A stretch of 63,715 bases of DNA from a virus (Duplodnaviria; Caudoviricetes): positions 1-63,715 of the IMG/VR virus record IMGVR_UViG_3300036859_000316; one strand, 5' to 3'. Below, in pieces: positions 8,969 through 16,730 of the stretch; the first letter of the stretch is position 1; the number at the start of each line of letters is the position of its first letter. The position numbers were made by a program, and so were the translations under genes. The notes under the pieces are model-generated. The model saw only the letters and a list, made by a program, of their open reading frames with translations, was not told the DNA's origin and did no database searches.

Positions 8969-9165
8969 TTGGTCCCCCTTCGTTTCCGGGCGGGAGTGCC
9001 CGAGGGCGCGCGGCGGCCGCGCGCCCTCCGACTCTCCGCGGAGCAGGACTCGGCCAGCCGACAGAAGACCGCCGAGCTCGCCGTGCTCCCGATCGGAGTC
9101 CGGGCGAGGCTCATCATGGCCGCGCGCCGCCGCTCCGTCTCACTCGTCTGTGTCCTTGTCTCCAT
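8965..9165 (-). CDS. Hypothetical protein, first gene of the inserted cassette
   Basis: ATG 8 nt after TATACT. Confidence 0.55.
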   Translation of the reverse strand: METRTQTSETERRRAAMMSLARTPIGSTASSAVFCRLAESCSAESRRARGRRAPSGTPARKRRGTK

Positions 9166-9202
9166 ACAGGACAAGTATACCACTTCCCTGTATGGAATAC
9201 AG
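9161..9202 (-). promoter_or_regulatory. Promoter with TATACT -10 and palindromic operator CTGTAT-GGA-ATACAG
   Basis: TATACT at 9174-9179 (minus), palindrome 9188-9202, TCCATACAGG shared with 6976-6985. Confidence 0.7.
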
Positions 9203-9208
9203 TCCCCG

Positions 9209-9379
9209 CTAGGCCCGGTACTTCTCCCGCTGGGCCTTCTTCTCGGCCAGTGCCTTCTTCACCTTCGCCCGTTCCGCCGCGCTCAGCGAGTCGCTATTGC
9301 CCGGCTCGGGGATGCCGTCAGCTATGTCGCCGGGGAGCTCGATCCAGACGCGCTTGACGCGCTCTTCTACATAGCCCAT
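9209..9379 (-). CDS. Small protein (56 aa), candidate antitoxin
   Basis: MGYVEERVKRVWIELPG...KKAQREKYRA; TAAGGT 6 nt upstream of ATG; not in the ORF track. Confidence 0.6.
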   Translation of the reverse strand: MGYVEERVKRVWIELPGDIADGIPEPGNSDSLSAAERAKVKKALAEKKAQREKYRA

Positions 9380-9388
9380 GCCGACACC

Positions 9389-11278
9389 TTACTCAGCCCC
9401 CTCCGGTTTCCGGGGCCCCCGCACTCGCCGCGGGCCCGGTGCCGGCCGGATCGCCGTCACGAACCTGCCGGGCTCGTTCAGCAGCTCGACGTTCTCGCGG
9501 TTCGCGCGGCCCAGGCGGATGATCTCAATCTGGTCCCGCTCGCGGTCTAGGCGGGCGATCTCACGCTCGCGGTCTAGGCGGGCTCGGCCGCGGGCGATCT
9601 CCGCGCCCGCCTGCTGGATGAAGGCCTCATACGAGCTCGGGTCTTCGACGGTGGGCTCCGTCTCCCCCCGAGGGCTGCGCGCCGCTAGGACCGGGGCGCC
9701 CTTGCTCGCGCCCGCGTGCCCGGTGTTCCAGACCTCCCATTCGAGGTCGGGGTCATCGCGCCATTCGGTGTGTCGGGCGGCGACCGCCTGATAGGCCTCG
9801 TCGATGAAGTCCGGGGGCACGAAGCGGCCCGTGCGCAGGGCCCGCTCTAGGGCGAGCTCTTGCCCGAGCTCGACCGGAAGAGTGGCGACGACCACCTTGA
9901 CCTCATAGCCGCGGTCCACGGCCTCGCGCAGCTTGCGGTGAAACTTGCCGCCCTCGCTGTCGCCGACCGTGTCGACGAAGATGTTGAGATCGCGGTCGAG
10001 CGCTTCGCGCAGGATCCGCTTCGAGAGCGCCGACGACTCTTCGTGGACAGCGGCGCCAGAGGCGCGGTCGGTCGCTCGGGCGAGCGCTTGGTACTCGTGC
10101 AGCTCGGCCTTGACGTCGTCGGGATTGACCCCGACCATCGTCTGCCCGTCATAGCCCTGGCCGAGTACCGACGACTTGCCCGAGGAGGGGCCGCCAGCGG
10201 TGAAGAGCGCCCGCTTGGTCCCGTGGGGGGTGAGCTCGGGGCAGTCCGCGCAGAGCTTCCCGTCCGAGTCGCGTTGGCGCAGGAACTTGTCCACGATCTC
10301 GTCGTGGAGCTCTAGGCGCTCGGGATCGTATTCGCGATCGCCGTTCGGCAGCGCGACCGACCACTTGTCTTCGGTGTCCTTGTGGCCGGTGAGCACCTTG
10401 TCGGCGAGCTCGCTACGTTCGCCGCCAACCTTGTCGCGTTTCAGGTCGGGCCGCAGACTGGCGATCGCGTCGAGGATCGCCCCGATCTTGATCCACCGGC
10501 CCGTCAGCGGATCCCGCGGGTGCTTGGCCTCTTCCCAGACCTTGCGCAAGGGCTCGCCCAGTCGGCCGGCCTCGATCGCTGCCGCCGCCGCGTCGGGGGT
10601 CGGGTAGCCGCCGTGCATCGGGCCGTTGACGATCCCCGCGACACCGCCACGGCCCGCCGTGATCCGCCCCGGGCTGCGGCCGCCGAGCTTCAGCTTGTTG
10701 GCCGAGTAGAGCCGCGCCTTCCACGAGTGCGTGCATTGGATATGGATCTGCCCGAGCGCGAGCACCGTCTCGATCGGCCACGGCCCCCCACCCTTGAGCG
10801 CCTTGCAGATCGGGCACTTGGCTCGCGGGCCGACGAGGTCGAAGGTGGGCTCAACCCCGTTCTCGCGGTAGAAGGCGACCTGCGCGTCGAGCCGCGCCGT
10901 CGCCACTTCGGAGCGTGCGATCAGATCGGCGCGGTTTCGCCCCCGATCGGCCAGGTAGCCGGCTAGGTGCGATGCCAGCCGATCGGGGGGAAGGTGCGGC
11001 CAGCGATCAGCCTCGTGCTTGACGAAGGCGTTGTAGGTAGCGACCACCGAGCGCGCGTTGCGGTCGGCCTCGGTTTGGAGCGCCTCGCGGATCTCGGCCG
11101 AGAGTCGAACCTGCCGGTGCTCGCCGTAGCGCGCCAACAGATCGGTGAGGGTGGCCCGGTACTCGGTGACCTTCGCCTGGTAGAAGACGCGCCGTAGCCT
11201 CTCGACCTCGCGATCGCCGAGCCGCATCGCCTTCAGCACGGCGGCGCGGGTGAGCTTGGCTTGGGTGCGCTTAGCCAC
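9389..11278 (-). CDS. MuF-like minor head protein fused to a zeta-toxin-like P-loop kinase
   Basis: CPICKAL...HIQCTH head-morphogenesis motif; WEEAKHPRDPLTGRW linker; AGGPSSGKS, VNPDDVK, VHEESS, RALRTGRFVP zeta-family motifs. Confidence 0.8.
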   Translation of the reverse strand: MAKRTQAKLTRAAVLKAMRLGDREVERLRRVFYQAKVTEYRATLTDLLARYGEHRQVRLSAEIREALQTEADRNARSVVATYNAFVKHEADRWPHLPPDRLASHLAGYLADRGRNRADLIARSEVATARLDAQVAFYRENGVEPTFDLVGPRAKCPICKALKGGGPWPIETVLALGQIHIQCTHSWKARLYSANKLKLGGRSPGRITAGRGGVAGIVNGPMHGGYPTPDAAAAAIEAGRLGEPLRKVWEEAKHPRDPLTGRWIKIGAILDAIASLRPDLKRDKVGGERSELADKVLTGHKDTEDKWSVALPNGDREYDPERLELHDEIVDKFLRQRDSDGKLCADCPELTPHGTKRALFTAGGPSSGKSSVLGQGYDGQTMVGVNPDDVKAELHEYQALARATDRASGAAVHEESSALSKRILREALDRDLNIFVDTVGDSEGGKFHRKLREAVDRGYEVKVVVATLPVELGQELALERALRTGRFVPPDFIDEAYQAVAARHTEWRDDPDLEWEVWNTGHAGASKGAPVLAARSPRGETEPTVEDPSSYEAFIQQAGAEIARGRARLDREREIARLDRERDQIEIIRLGRANRENVELLNEPGRFVTAIRPAPGPRRVRGPRKPEGAE

Positions 11279-11510
11279 CGGCGCCCTCGGCGACCAGCGC
11301 CAGCCCGTCCATCGTCAGGAACGGGCGCAGAGCGCCGAGCAGCATGACATGAATCAAGTCGTCGTCGCTGTAAAGCTCGGTGTTACCCGACCCGTTGACC
11401 GACCGCACCGATGGACTGATTAGCCCCCGTCGCCGCCAGTTGTGAATCGTCCGGTACTCGACGCCAGCAGCCCGCGCGATTTCAGGCAACGTCCAGACCC
11501 GCTCAGCCAC
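11271..11510 (-). CDS. MerR-type HTH protein
   Basis: TLPEIARAAGVEYRTIHNWRRRGLISP...LYSDDDL. Confidence 0.85.
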   Translation of the reverse strand: MAERVWTLPEIARAAGVEYRTIHNWRRRGLISPSVRSVNGSGNTELYSDDDLIHVMLLGALRPFLTMDGLALVAEGAGG

Positions 11511-11788
11511 TGCGGCCGCCCTTCTGCACGTAACCGCCGGTCAGCCCGCAGTGCTCGCAGGCCTTTCCGTCGGGGTAGGCCCGACACATTTCAGGCCGGT
11601 CGGCGTAGATCGCGCAGCGCATCGTATCTTCGTCCCAGTGGCGACAGGTGAAGTGGTGGCCGCGATCCTTCCACGACCGTCGCGGGACGTCGACGCGCCT
11701 TCGCTCGCAGCTCGCGGATCGTGTACGACAGGTAGAAGGCCGCGCAGCAGTAGCCGGGGCAGTCGATCGCCTCGGCGGACCCGGCCAC
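11503..11788 (-). pseudogene. Frameshifted YkgJ-like cysteine-cluster protein
   Basis: N-half CPGYCCAAF in one frame; C-half FTCRHWDEDTMRCAIYADRPEMCRAYP in the +1 frame. Confidence 0.7.
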
Positions 11789-11997
11789 TAGCCGGTGTGG
11801 GGCAGGTCTTCGGTCGGATCACTGAGCACCACGGCCTCGTGAAGTATGTCGGGGGCCCCGTTCGAGGACGCCGCCACCTGCTCGGTGTCGGGCAGGAGCC
11901 AGAAGCCGAAGTCGGCGATCCCGAGCCCGAAGTCGTTGATCGCCGAGCCGATGCCGATCACCAGGACCGCGAGGCGGCGTCTCACGACGGTCTCCAC
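11788..11997 (-). CDS. Small hypothetical protein
   Basis: Open frame abutting neighbours. Confidence 0.5.
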   Translation of the reverse strand: METVVRRRLAVLVIGIGSAINDFGLGIADFGFWLLPDTEQVAASSNGAPDILHEAVVLSDPTEDLPHTG

Positions 11998-12254
11998 ACC
12001 GGGAAGTCCACCGTCTCAAGGTTCGGCGGGACGGGTGCCGGCGTCCCGAAGCCCGCCATCCTCTCGAAGATGCGGGAGTCCCGCCTGATGCGGATCGGAA
12101 GCGCGTTGCCCTCGACGTCAAGGGCCTCGATATACGGCGTGACCTTGCCCTCTCGGTCGCGCTTCCCTTGCGTGTTGCGGATCACCGCATAGGCGCCGAG
12201 CTCGCGGCCTGTCGCCAGCCACCACGTCGCGAGTCGGTCGAGTAGCCGCCTCAT
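11982..12254 (-). CDS. Hypothetical protein
   Basis: MRRLLDRLATWW...; ATGA overlap. Confidence 0.6.
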   Translation of the reverse strand: MRRLLDRLATWWLATGRELGAYAVIRNTQGKRDREGKVTPYIEALDVEGNALPIRIRRDSRIFERMAGFGTPAPVPPNLETVDFPVWRPS

Positions 12255-12496
12255 GCGCCCCACAGATCGTAGTAGCCGTGGCCCCACGGACGGTCGGGGT
12301 GGACGTACCCGCGAGCGCGCGGCGCGAGGCCGAGAATCTCCCGCGCGACGTCGCGCACCGCGTCGCGGGGGCGCACCTGCGCCATGAAGCGCCGGTGCCG
12401 ATAGAGCCGGATCGGGTGCAGGCGCCAGTCGCGTCGCGCCACACCCTCGGGCACGTCGCAGGCCCAGCGGCGGTATGCGACGAACGGGCCGATCAC
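12251..12496 (-). CDS. Hypothetical protein
   Basis: GTGA overlap with the portal stop. Confidence 0.6.
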   Translation of the reverse strand: MIGPFVAYRRWACDVPEGVARRDWRLHPIRLYRHRRFMAQVRPRDAVRDVAREILGLAPRARGYVHPDRPWGHGYYDLWGA

Positions 12497-14088
12497 GGCC
12501 CCGCCCCATTCCCGGCGTGGATCACGACCTCACCGCCGACCTTCTCGACCACCACCGGCGAGACGTCGGCGTCGGGGTCGATCTCGTGGACGCGGCGGAT
12601 CGCGTCCTCGACCGCGTCCTCGAAGGTCTCGGTGATCGAGCGCGTGGTGCCGGCGGCCTTCTCGAAGAACTCGGCCTCGGGGCCCGGCGGCGCCAGGGCC
12701 GCCTGCTTCGACGTCACGAGCTCGCTATTCCAGCCGAACTCGACCTCGCCCTCTTGCGGCTCGGCACCCTCGGCGGCCTCGGGCATCGGCGGGTAGCCGT
12801 GGGCGGTGCGGTATTCGGCGTTTGTGATCTTGCCCCGGTCGGCGAGGTCGTTGGCCGACTGGCGCTTGGCCTCATCGCCCTTGATCGCGATCTCGTTGAA
12901 GTCGAGGGCCAGGTGCGGGAAGAGCTCGGCGAGCAGCGAGTGGTCGAGCGCGTCCTGCACTTCCTCTTGCTCGGGGTCGAAGACCTGTTCCTTCGTGATC
13001 GCCCGCTCGACCTCGGCGGTGTATTTGCCGGCGTCCTCTATGTCGGCGACGAAGACCGGCGAGAGCCGGAAGGCGCCGAGCGTGGCGCGGCGGTTGTCGC
13101 CGCGGTAGGCGATGAAGCCCATATCGCGCTCCGAGGTCACGGCGAGGTTGTTGACCTGCGCCTTGAAGCCGGCCGGGACGCCGATGATCGCCACCCGCGA
13201 TTGAGCGGTGCCCCCGCGCATCGCGTCGGCGACCTGCTTCACGAACGCCGGCGGGACCTCGATCCTGACCTCCGATCCGTCCCCCTTCTCTTCGCCCTGG
13301 ACGAAGATCACGGTCGGCGGCACCCCCGAGGAGCCGAAGAATGAGGCGTTGGTATCGCCGGCGAGCTTGTCGCCGAGGTAGTCGATCGCCAACTGCGCGT
13401 CGGGCGGCAGCCCGTAGTCGCGGCTCTCCGACGTGTAGAGCTGGAAGGGGATCAGCTCGTTTCGATCCCAGCGCATCCCCGAGCCGGCGAGCTTGTTGGT
13501 CGGCTGGCCGTCGGGGCCGTACTTCACCTTGGCGCCGAAGTCGTAGAAGCGCACCGCGTTCGTCAGCGTGCCGGCTTGGCGCAGCATGATCCAGCCGTCG
13601 CGTTCCTTGGTTCGCCGGATGCGCTTGCCCGGCGCGTGGTAGAGCCCCGAGATTTTCCCCGTGATCTTGTTGCGGGCGACTTCGAGGTAGCCGTTGCCGC
13701 ACTCGTACTTGTCCCAGATCACGGCCGTCAGGAGCCGGCCGAATGACGGGCGCTTCAGCATCGCGTCGCGGCGCGCCAAGCGGTTGAGCTCATCGCGCGC
13801 CTCGCGCCTTTCCTCGTCGACCTCGCCCTTGATTTCGTCCTCATGGCCCTCACGGACGGCGAGCTCGAAGCCGAGCCCGACGGTGTTGTGCGCGATCGCC
13901 GCGATGCACGAGCGGCGGATCCGGCCGACCTGGGTCAGCGCCGCGAGATTGTCGAGGTCCGCCGGCGGCGGGAGCGAGCCCTCCGGTGTCCACGGGTCGT
14001 CGTCGAGCGGCTGCGTTGAGCCGCCGTCACCCGGCGCCGGGGGCATCGGAGCGACCGTCAGGACGGCCTTGCGGATCTCGTCGCTCAC
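12493..14088 (-). CDS. Portal protein
   Basis: 531 aa after terminase; DKYECGNGYLEVARN, YGLP, FFGSSGVPP, AFRLSP, ITNAEYR motifs. Confidence 0.9.
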   Translation of the reverse strand: MSDEIRKAVLTVAPMPPAPGDGGSTQPLDDDPWTPEGSLPPPADLDNLAALTQVGRIRRSCIAAIAHNTVGLGFELAVREGHEDEIKGEVDEERREARDELNRLARRDAMLKRPSFGRLLTAVIWDKYECGNGYLEVARNKITGKISGLYHAPGKRIRRTKERDGWIMLRQAGTLTNAVRFYDFGAKVKYGPDGQPTNKLAGSGMRWDRNELIPFQLYTSESRDYGLPPDAQLAIDYLGDKLAGDTNASFFGSSGVPPTVIFVQGEEKGDGSEVRIEVPPAFVKQVADAMRGGTAQSRVAIIGVPAGFKAQVNNLAVTSERDMGFIAYRGDNRRATLGAFRLSPVFVADIEDAGKYTAEVERAITKEQVFDPEQEEVQDALDHSLLAELFPHLALDFNEIAIKGDEAKRQSANDLADRGKITNAEYRTAHGYPPMPEAAEGAEPQEGEVEFGWNSELVTSKQAALAPPGPEAEFFEKAAGTTRSITETFEDAVEDAIRRVHEIDPDADVSPVVVEKVGGEVVIHAGNGAGP

Positions 14089-14131
14089 GGGGTCAGCGTA
14101 CCGCTAGGCCGCGACGGGGCGCAGCCGACGC

Positions 14132-14476
14132 TCAGACCGGATGCAGTCCCGCCGCCTCGCGCGCCGCCGAGTGCGCCAAGTTTCCGTCGCTCGACGCCCA
14201 TGAGAGCCTGATTCGGTTCCCGTACCTTCGCTTCACGCCATGCCCGCGCAGCGCTTGGCGGCAGTCCGTCCTCACCTGCACCAGTCCCTGCCCGTCTTCG
14301 ACCAGGGACTCGGCGACCCGAATCGCTTGGCGCAGCGCTTCCTTCTCAAGCGCTGTCACATTCCTCAGCGGTCCCGCGATCCGCAGTCGGAACTCAACGG
14401 TGCCGTCCTCGCGCACGACGGCGACCCCGCCATCCCCGGTCCACGGGTTGAGTGCAGCGTCGGCCCACAGGATCAC
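14132..14476 (-). CDS. RNase H-like protein
   Basis: WADAA...GGVAVV, E..AL..AI, VRTDC, NLAHSAAR pattern. Confidence 0.7.
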   Translation of the reverse strand: MILWADAALNPWTGDGGVAVVREDGTVEFRLRIAGPLRNVTALEKEALRQAIRVAESLVEDGQGLVQVRTDCRQALRGHGVKRRYGNRIRLSWASSDGNLAHSAAREAAGLHPV

Positions 14477-15726
14477 GCCCCGGCGACCCCGAGCTTCACC
14501 GTCCGCGACTGGCCTTCGAGGATCAGCTCGGTCATCCCCCAGACCAGCGCGTCCAGGCGGTCAGGCGAGTGGCCGAGATCGGGGGCCCATCCGGTGAGCT
14601 GCGTTTCGAGCTCGGGGAAGGCGCCGACGTGGTGGACCCGGCCCTGCTCGTAAAGGGCGGCGATCGGCTCAGCCCGCGTCTGCTTGCCGCGCGAGGCCCA
14701 GACGGTCTTCACCGGCACCTTCGGCGCCACGGTGCGAAGCGTCGCCTCGACCATCTCGCCGCCGTTGTTTCGCTCGGCGATGATCCGGTCGGCCCCGAAC
14801 TCGCGATACCCGAGCACCGCCCGCTGCGCCCACTCATGGGGCGAAGCCCTGAGCGAGAGATCGCCGAGCACGTAGCCGTCACCATCGGAGCCGAGGCCGC
14901 AGACGACGATCCCGGCCTCAGCCGATGCCGCTTCGCTTGAGGCGGGCGGGTCGATCGCGACCACGATCCGGCGAAGCTCGGGCTGGTCGTCGCGCTCGAT
15001 CCGGTGCTCTTCGATCTGGGCCCACTTCCACAGCGCCCCCTCGACGTCGTCGAGCAGCTCGCCTTCGAGCTCCTGGCGACCGAGCCGGGTGCCGGCGAAG
15101 CGCTCCGACAGCGCGGCGACCATCGCCTCGGACAGATTCTCGACGTTGTCCTCCATCCTCATCCGGGTCACCGGCACGTCGTCGTCGTCGATCAGGAGCT
15201 TCGGGATTCCCGAGCGCCCCTTCGGCGTCCCGGTGGCGATGATCCGCCCGGGGTCGAGCCGCACGGCAAAGCCGACCGACTCTTCCCAGGCCCGCCGCCA
15301 CTCACGCCACAGGCCGACCTCGTCGCACCATGCCCCCCGGAGGTTCGATCCCTGAATCCGCAGAGCACCATCGTCGGCACCGTCGATATGGATCCGGGCC
15401 CCACCGTAGATGCGGAGCTCGCCGAGCGAGCGATTCCACGTCTCGACCGCTGGCCCGAGCACCGCGAGCAACCCTGAGCCACGGCCCTCAACGCAAATGT
15501 CGCGGGCGTCGCCGTAGGTCGGGGCAACGACAGCCCAATCCCCCGGCGGGGAGCTCAGCACCCAGTCGGCGAGCGTCTCGGCGCCGGTGCGTGTCTTCCC
15601 CGAGCCCCGGCCGCCGCGCACGTACCACGTCCGCCAGTCGCCGGGCGGGGGGAGCTGCTCGGGGCGGGCAAGCTGTCGCCAGCGCTCAGCGCGAAGATTC
15701 GTCGCGAGCCTGAGCTTCGCCGCCAC
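14473..15726 (-). CDS. Terminase large subunit
   Basis: GGRGSGKTRTGAE (Walker A), GAWCDE (Walker B), VVAIDP, AERNNGGEMV, SPDRLDALVW. Confidence 0.95.
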   Translation of the reverse strand: MAAKLRLATNLRAERWRQLARPEQLPPPGDWRTWYVRGGRGSGKTRTGAETLADWVLSSPPGDWAVVAPTYGDARDICVEGRGSGLLAVLGPAVETWNRSLGELRIYGGARIHIDGADDGALRIQGSNLRGAWCDEVGLWREWRRAWEESVGFAVRLDPGRIIATGTPKGRSGIPKLLIDDDDVPVTRMRMEDNVENLSEAMVAALSERFAGTRLGRQELEGELLDDVEGALWKWAQIEEHRIERDDQPELRRIVVAIDPPASSEAASAEAGIVVCGLGSDGDGYVLGDLSLRASPHEWAQRAVLGYREFGADRIIAERNNGGEMVEATLRTVAPKVPVKTVWASRGKQTRAEPIAALYEQGRVHHVGAFPELETQLTGWAPDLGHSPDRLDALVWGMTELILEGQSRTVKLGVAGA

Positions 15727-16192
15727 CGGCAAGCTCGCGCGTGAGCCGCTCGATCTCTCGGTCGAGTTCGTCCGAGAGCTTGAGGTTGAGTTCGCCGCCA
15801 TGTTCGACCTTCACCCTGTCGCGGTATCTCGGGTCATTGGCCCGCAGCCATGCTCGCGCGGCTTGCGTCGATCCGTTGCGGGCTTGAGTGTGCAGCGCGG
15901 CCTCGAAGAAGGCGTGAGCCTCCCCCCTCGCACGCATGACCTCGGTGACTAACGTGACGAAGGGCTGCTCGCTCTTCGGGATTCGCTTGGCACCCTCGAA
16001 CTCGCGACCGCGCGAGAGCCACCGACTCAGGGTTTCGCGGGCGATGCCCGCCGACTCGGCTGCCGCTTCCTGCGAGACCCCGAGTCGCAGGGCTTCGAGG
16101 ATCGCATCCTTGACGGTGATCTTGCGCTCGGTGCCCTTCTCGTCGGTGACGAGAATCTTCGACGTGAGCTTCGTCGTGCCGGCGGCTGGCAT
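15686..16192 (-). CDS. Terminase small subunit (HTH)
   Basis: ILEALRLGVSQEAAAESAGIARETLSRW, AARAWL, KVEHGG; immediately upstream of TerL. Confidence 0.8.
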   Translation of the reverse strand: MPAAGTTKLTSKILVTDEKGTERKITVKDAILEALRLGVSQEAAAESAGIARETLSRWLSRGREFEGAKRIPKSEQPFVTLVTEVMRARGEAHAFFEAALHTQARNGSTQAARAWLRANDPRYRDRVKVEHGGELNLKLSDELDREIERLTRELAGGGEAQARDESSR

Positions 16193-16207
16193 CGCTCATC
16201 ATCTTAC

Positions 16208-16289
16208 GCTGAGCGGGCGGGCCGGTTGGCGAACGCCGGCCGCCGAGCGCAGTAGGAACCGGCGCAACCGGATAGACCGCCCGCCCAGC
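16208..16289 (-). ncRNA. Long imperfect hairpin upstream of terS (putative structured RNA or terminator)
   Basis: Three nested stems of 13, 7 and 7 bp; mismatches become G-U pairs on the minus strand. Confidence 0.45.
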
Positions 16290-16299
16290 TTGCACGGGG

Positions 16300-16533
16300 T
16301 CACCGCGGAATCTTACGCCCGGGGATCGCGTACCCCGAGCGCCGCACCTGCTCAGCGACGAACTCGGCATAGGCCATGCACTGCGCACAGCACTGGCGGT
16401 GGCGAAGCAGCTCGAAGACCGGGGGGCTCAGGGTCGCGTGCTGGCGAAGCCAGTAGGGGCAGGCCGGGTCGTGACCGAGCGGCACGCCAGCATCGTCGAC
16501 GGGCGGGGCGTCAGCATCCACCGCAACGCTCAT
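16300..16533 (-). CDS. Small Cys-containing hypothetical protein
   Basis: ATGA overlap; HDPAC...CCAQC. Confidence 0.6.
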   Translation of the reverse strand: MSVAVDADAPPVDDAGVPLGHDPACPYWLRQHATLSPPVFELLRHRQCCAQCMAYAEFVAEQVRRSGYAIPGRKIPR

Positions 16534-16730
16534 GTGCCACCTTTGATCGCAGCTCCCAGCGCTTGCCGTGCCCGTTCGGTTGCGTCGGCCCAGTCTCGCC
16601 GGGTGAGCTTGGGCAGGAAGGCATCGCTCTCATCGTCCCTCAGTGGGTAGATAGCCGCAGCCTCCTCAAGCGTCAGTGTGAACGTGACTTTGAGCTTGGC
16701 CGGGTCCTTGCTCGGTTGAGGCTCAGTCAT
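16530..16730 (-). CDS. Hypothetical protein
   Basis: ATGA overlaps at both ends. Confidence 0.6.
   Translation of the reverse strand: MTEPQPSKDPAKLKVTFTLTLEEAAAIYPLRDDESDAFLPKLTRRDWADATERARQALGAAIKGGT

Noticed and set aside
7004-9202. LexA SOS boxes
   Set aside because: Spacing is CTGT-N7-ACAG rather than N8, and the actinobacterial LexA box differs
9538-9602. Short tandem duplication (EIARLDRER) at the MuF-zeta C-terminus
   Set aside because: In-frame duplication in a low-complexity tail with no further supporting signal
16208-16289. tRNA or SRP RNA
   Set aside because: No cloverleaf, T-loop or SRP conserved loop
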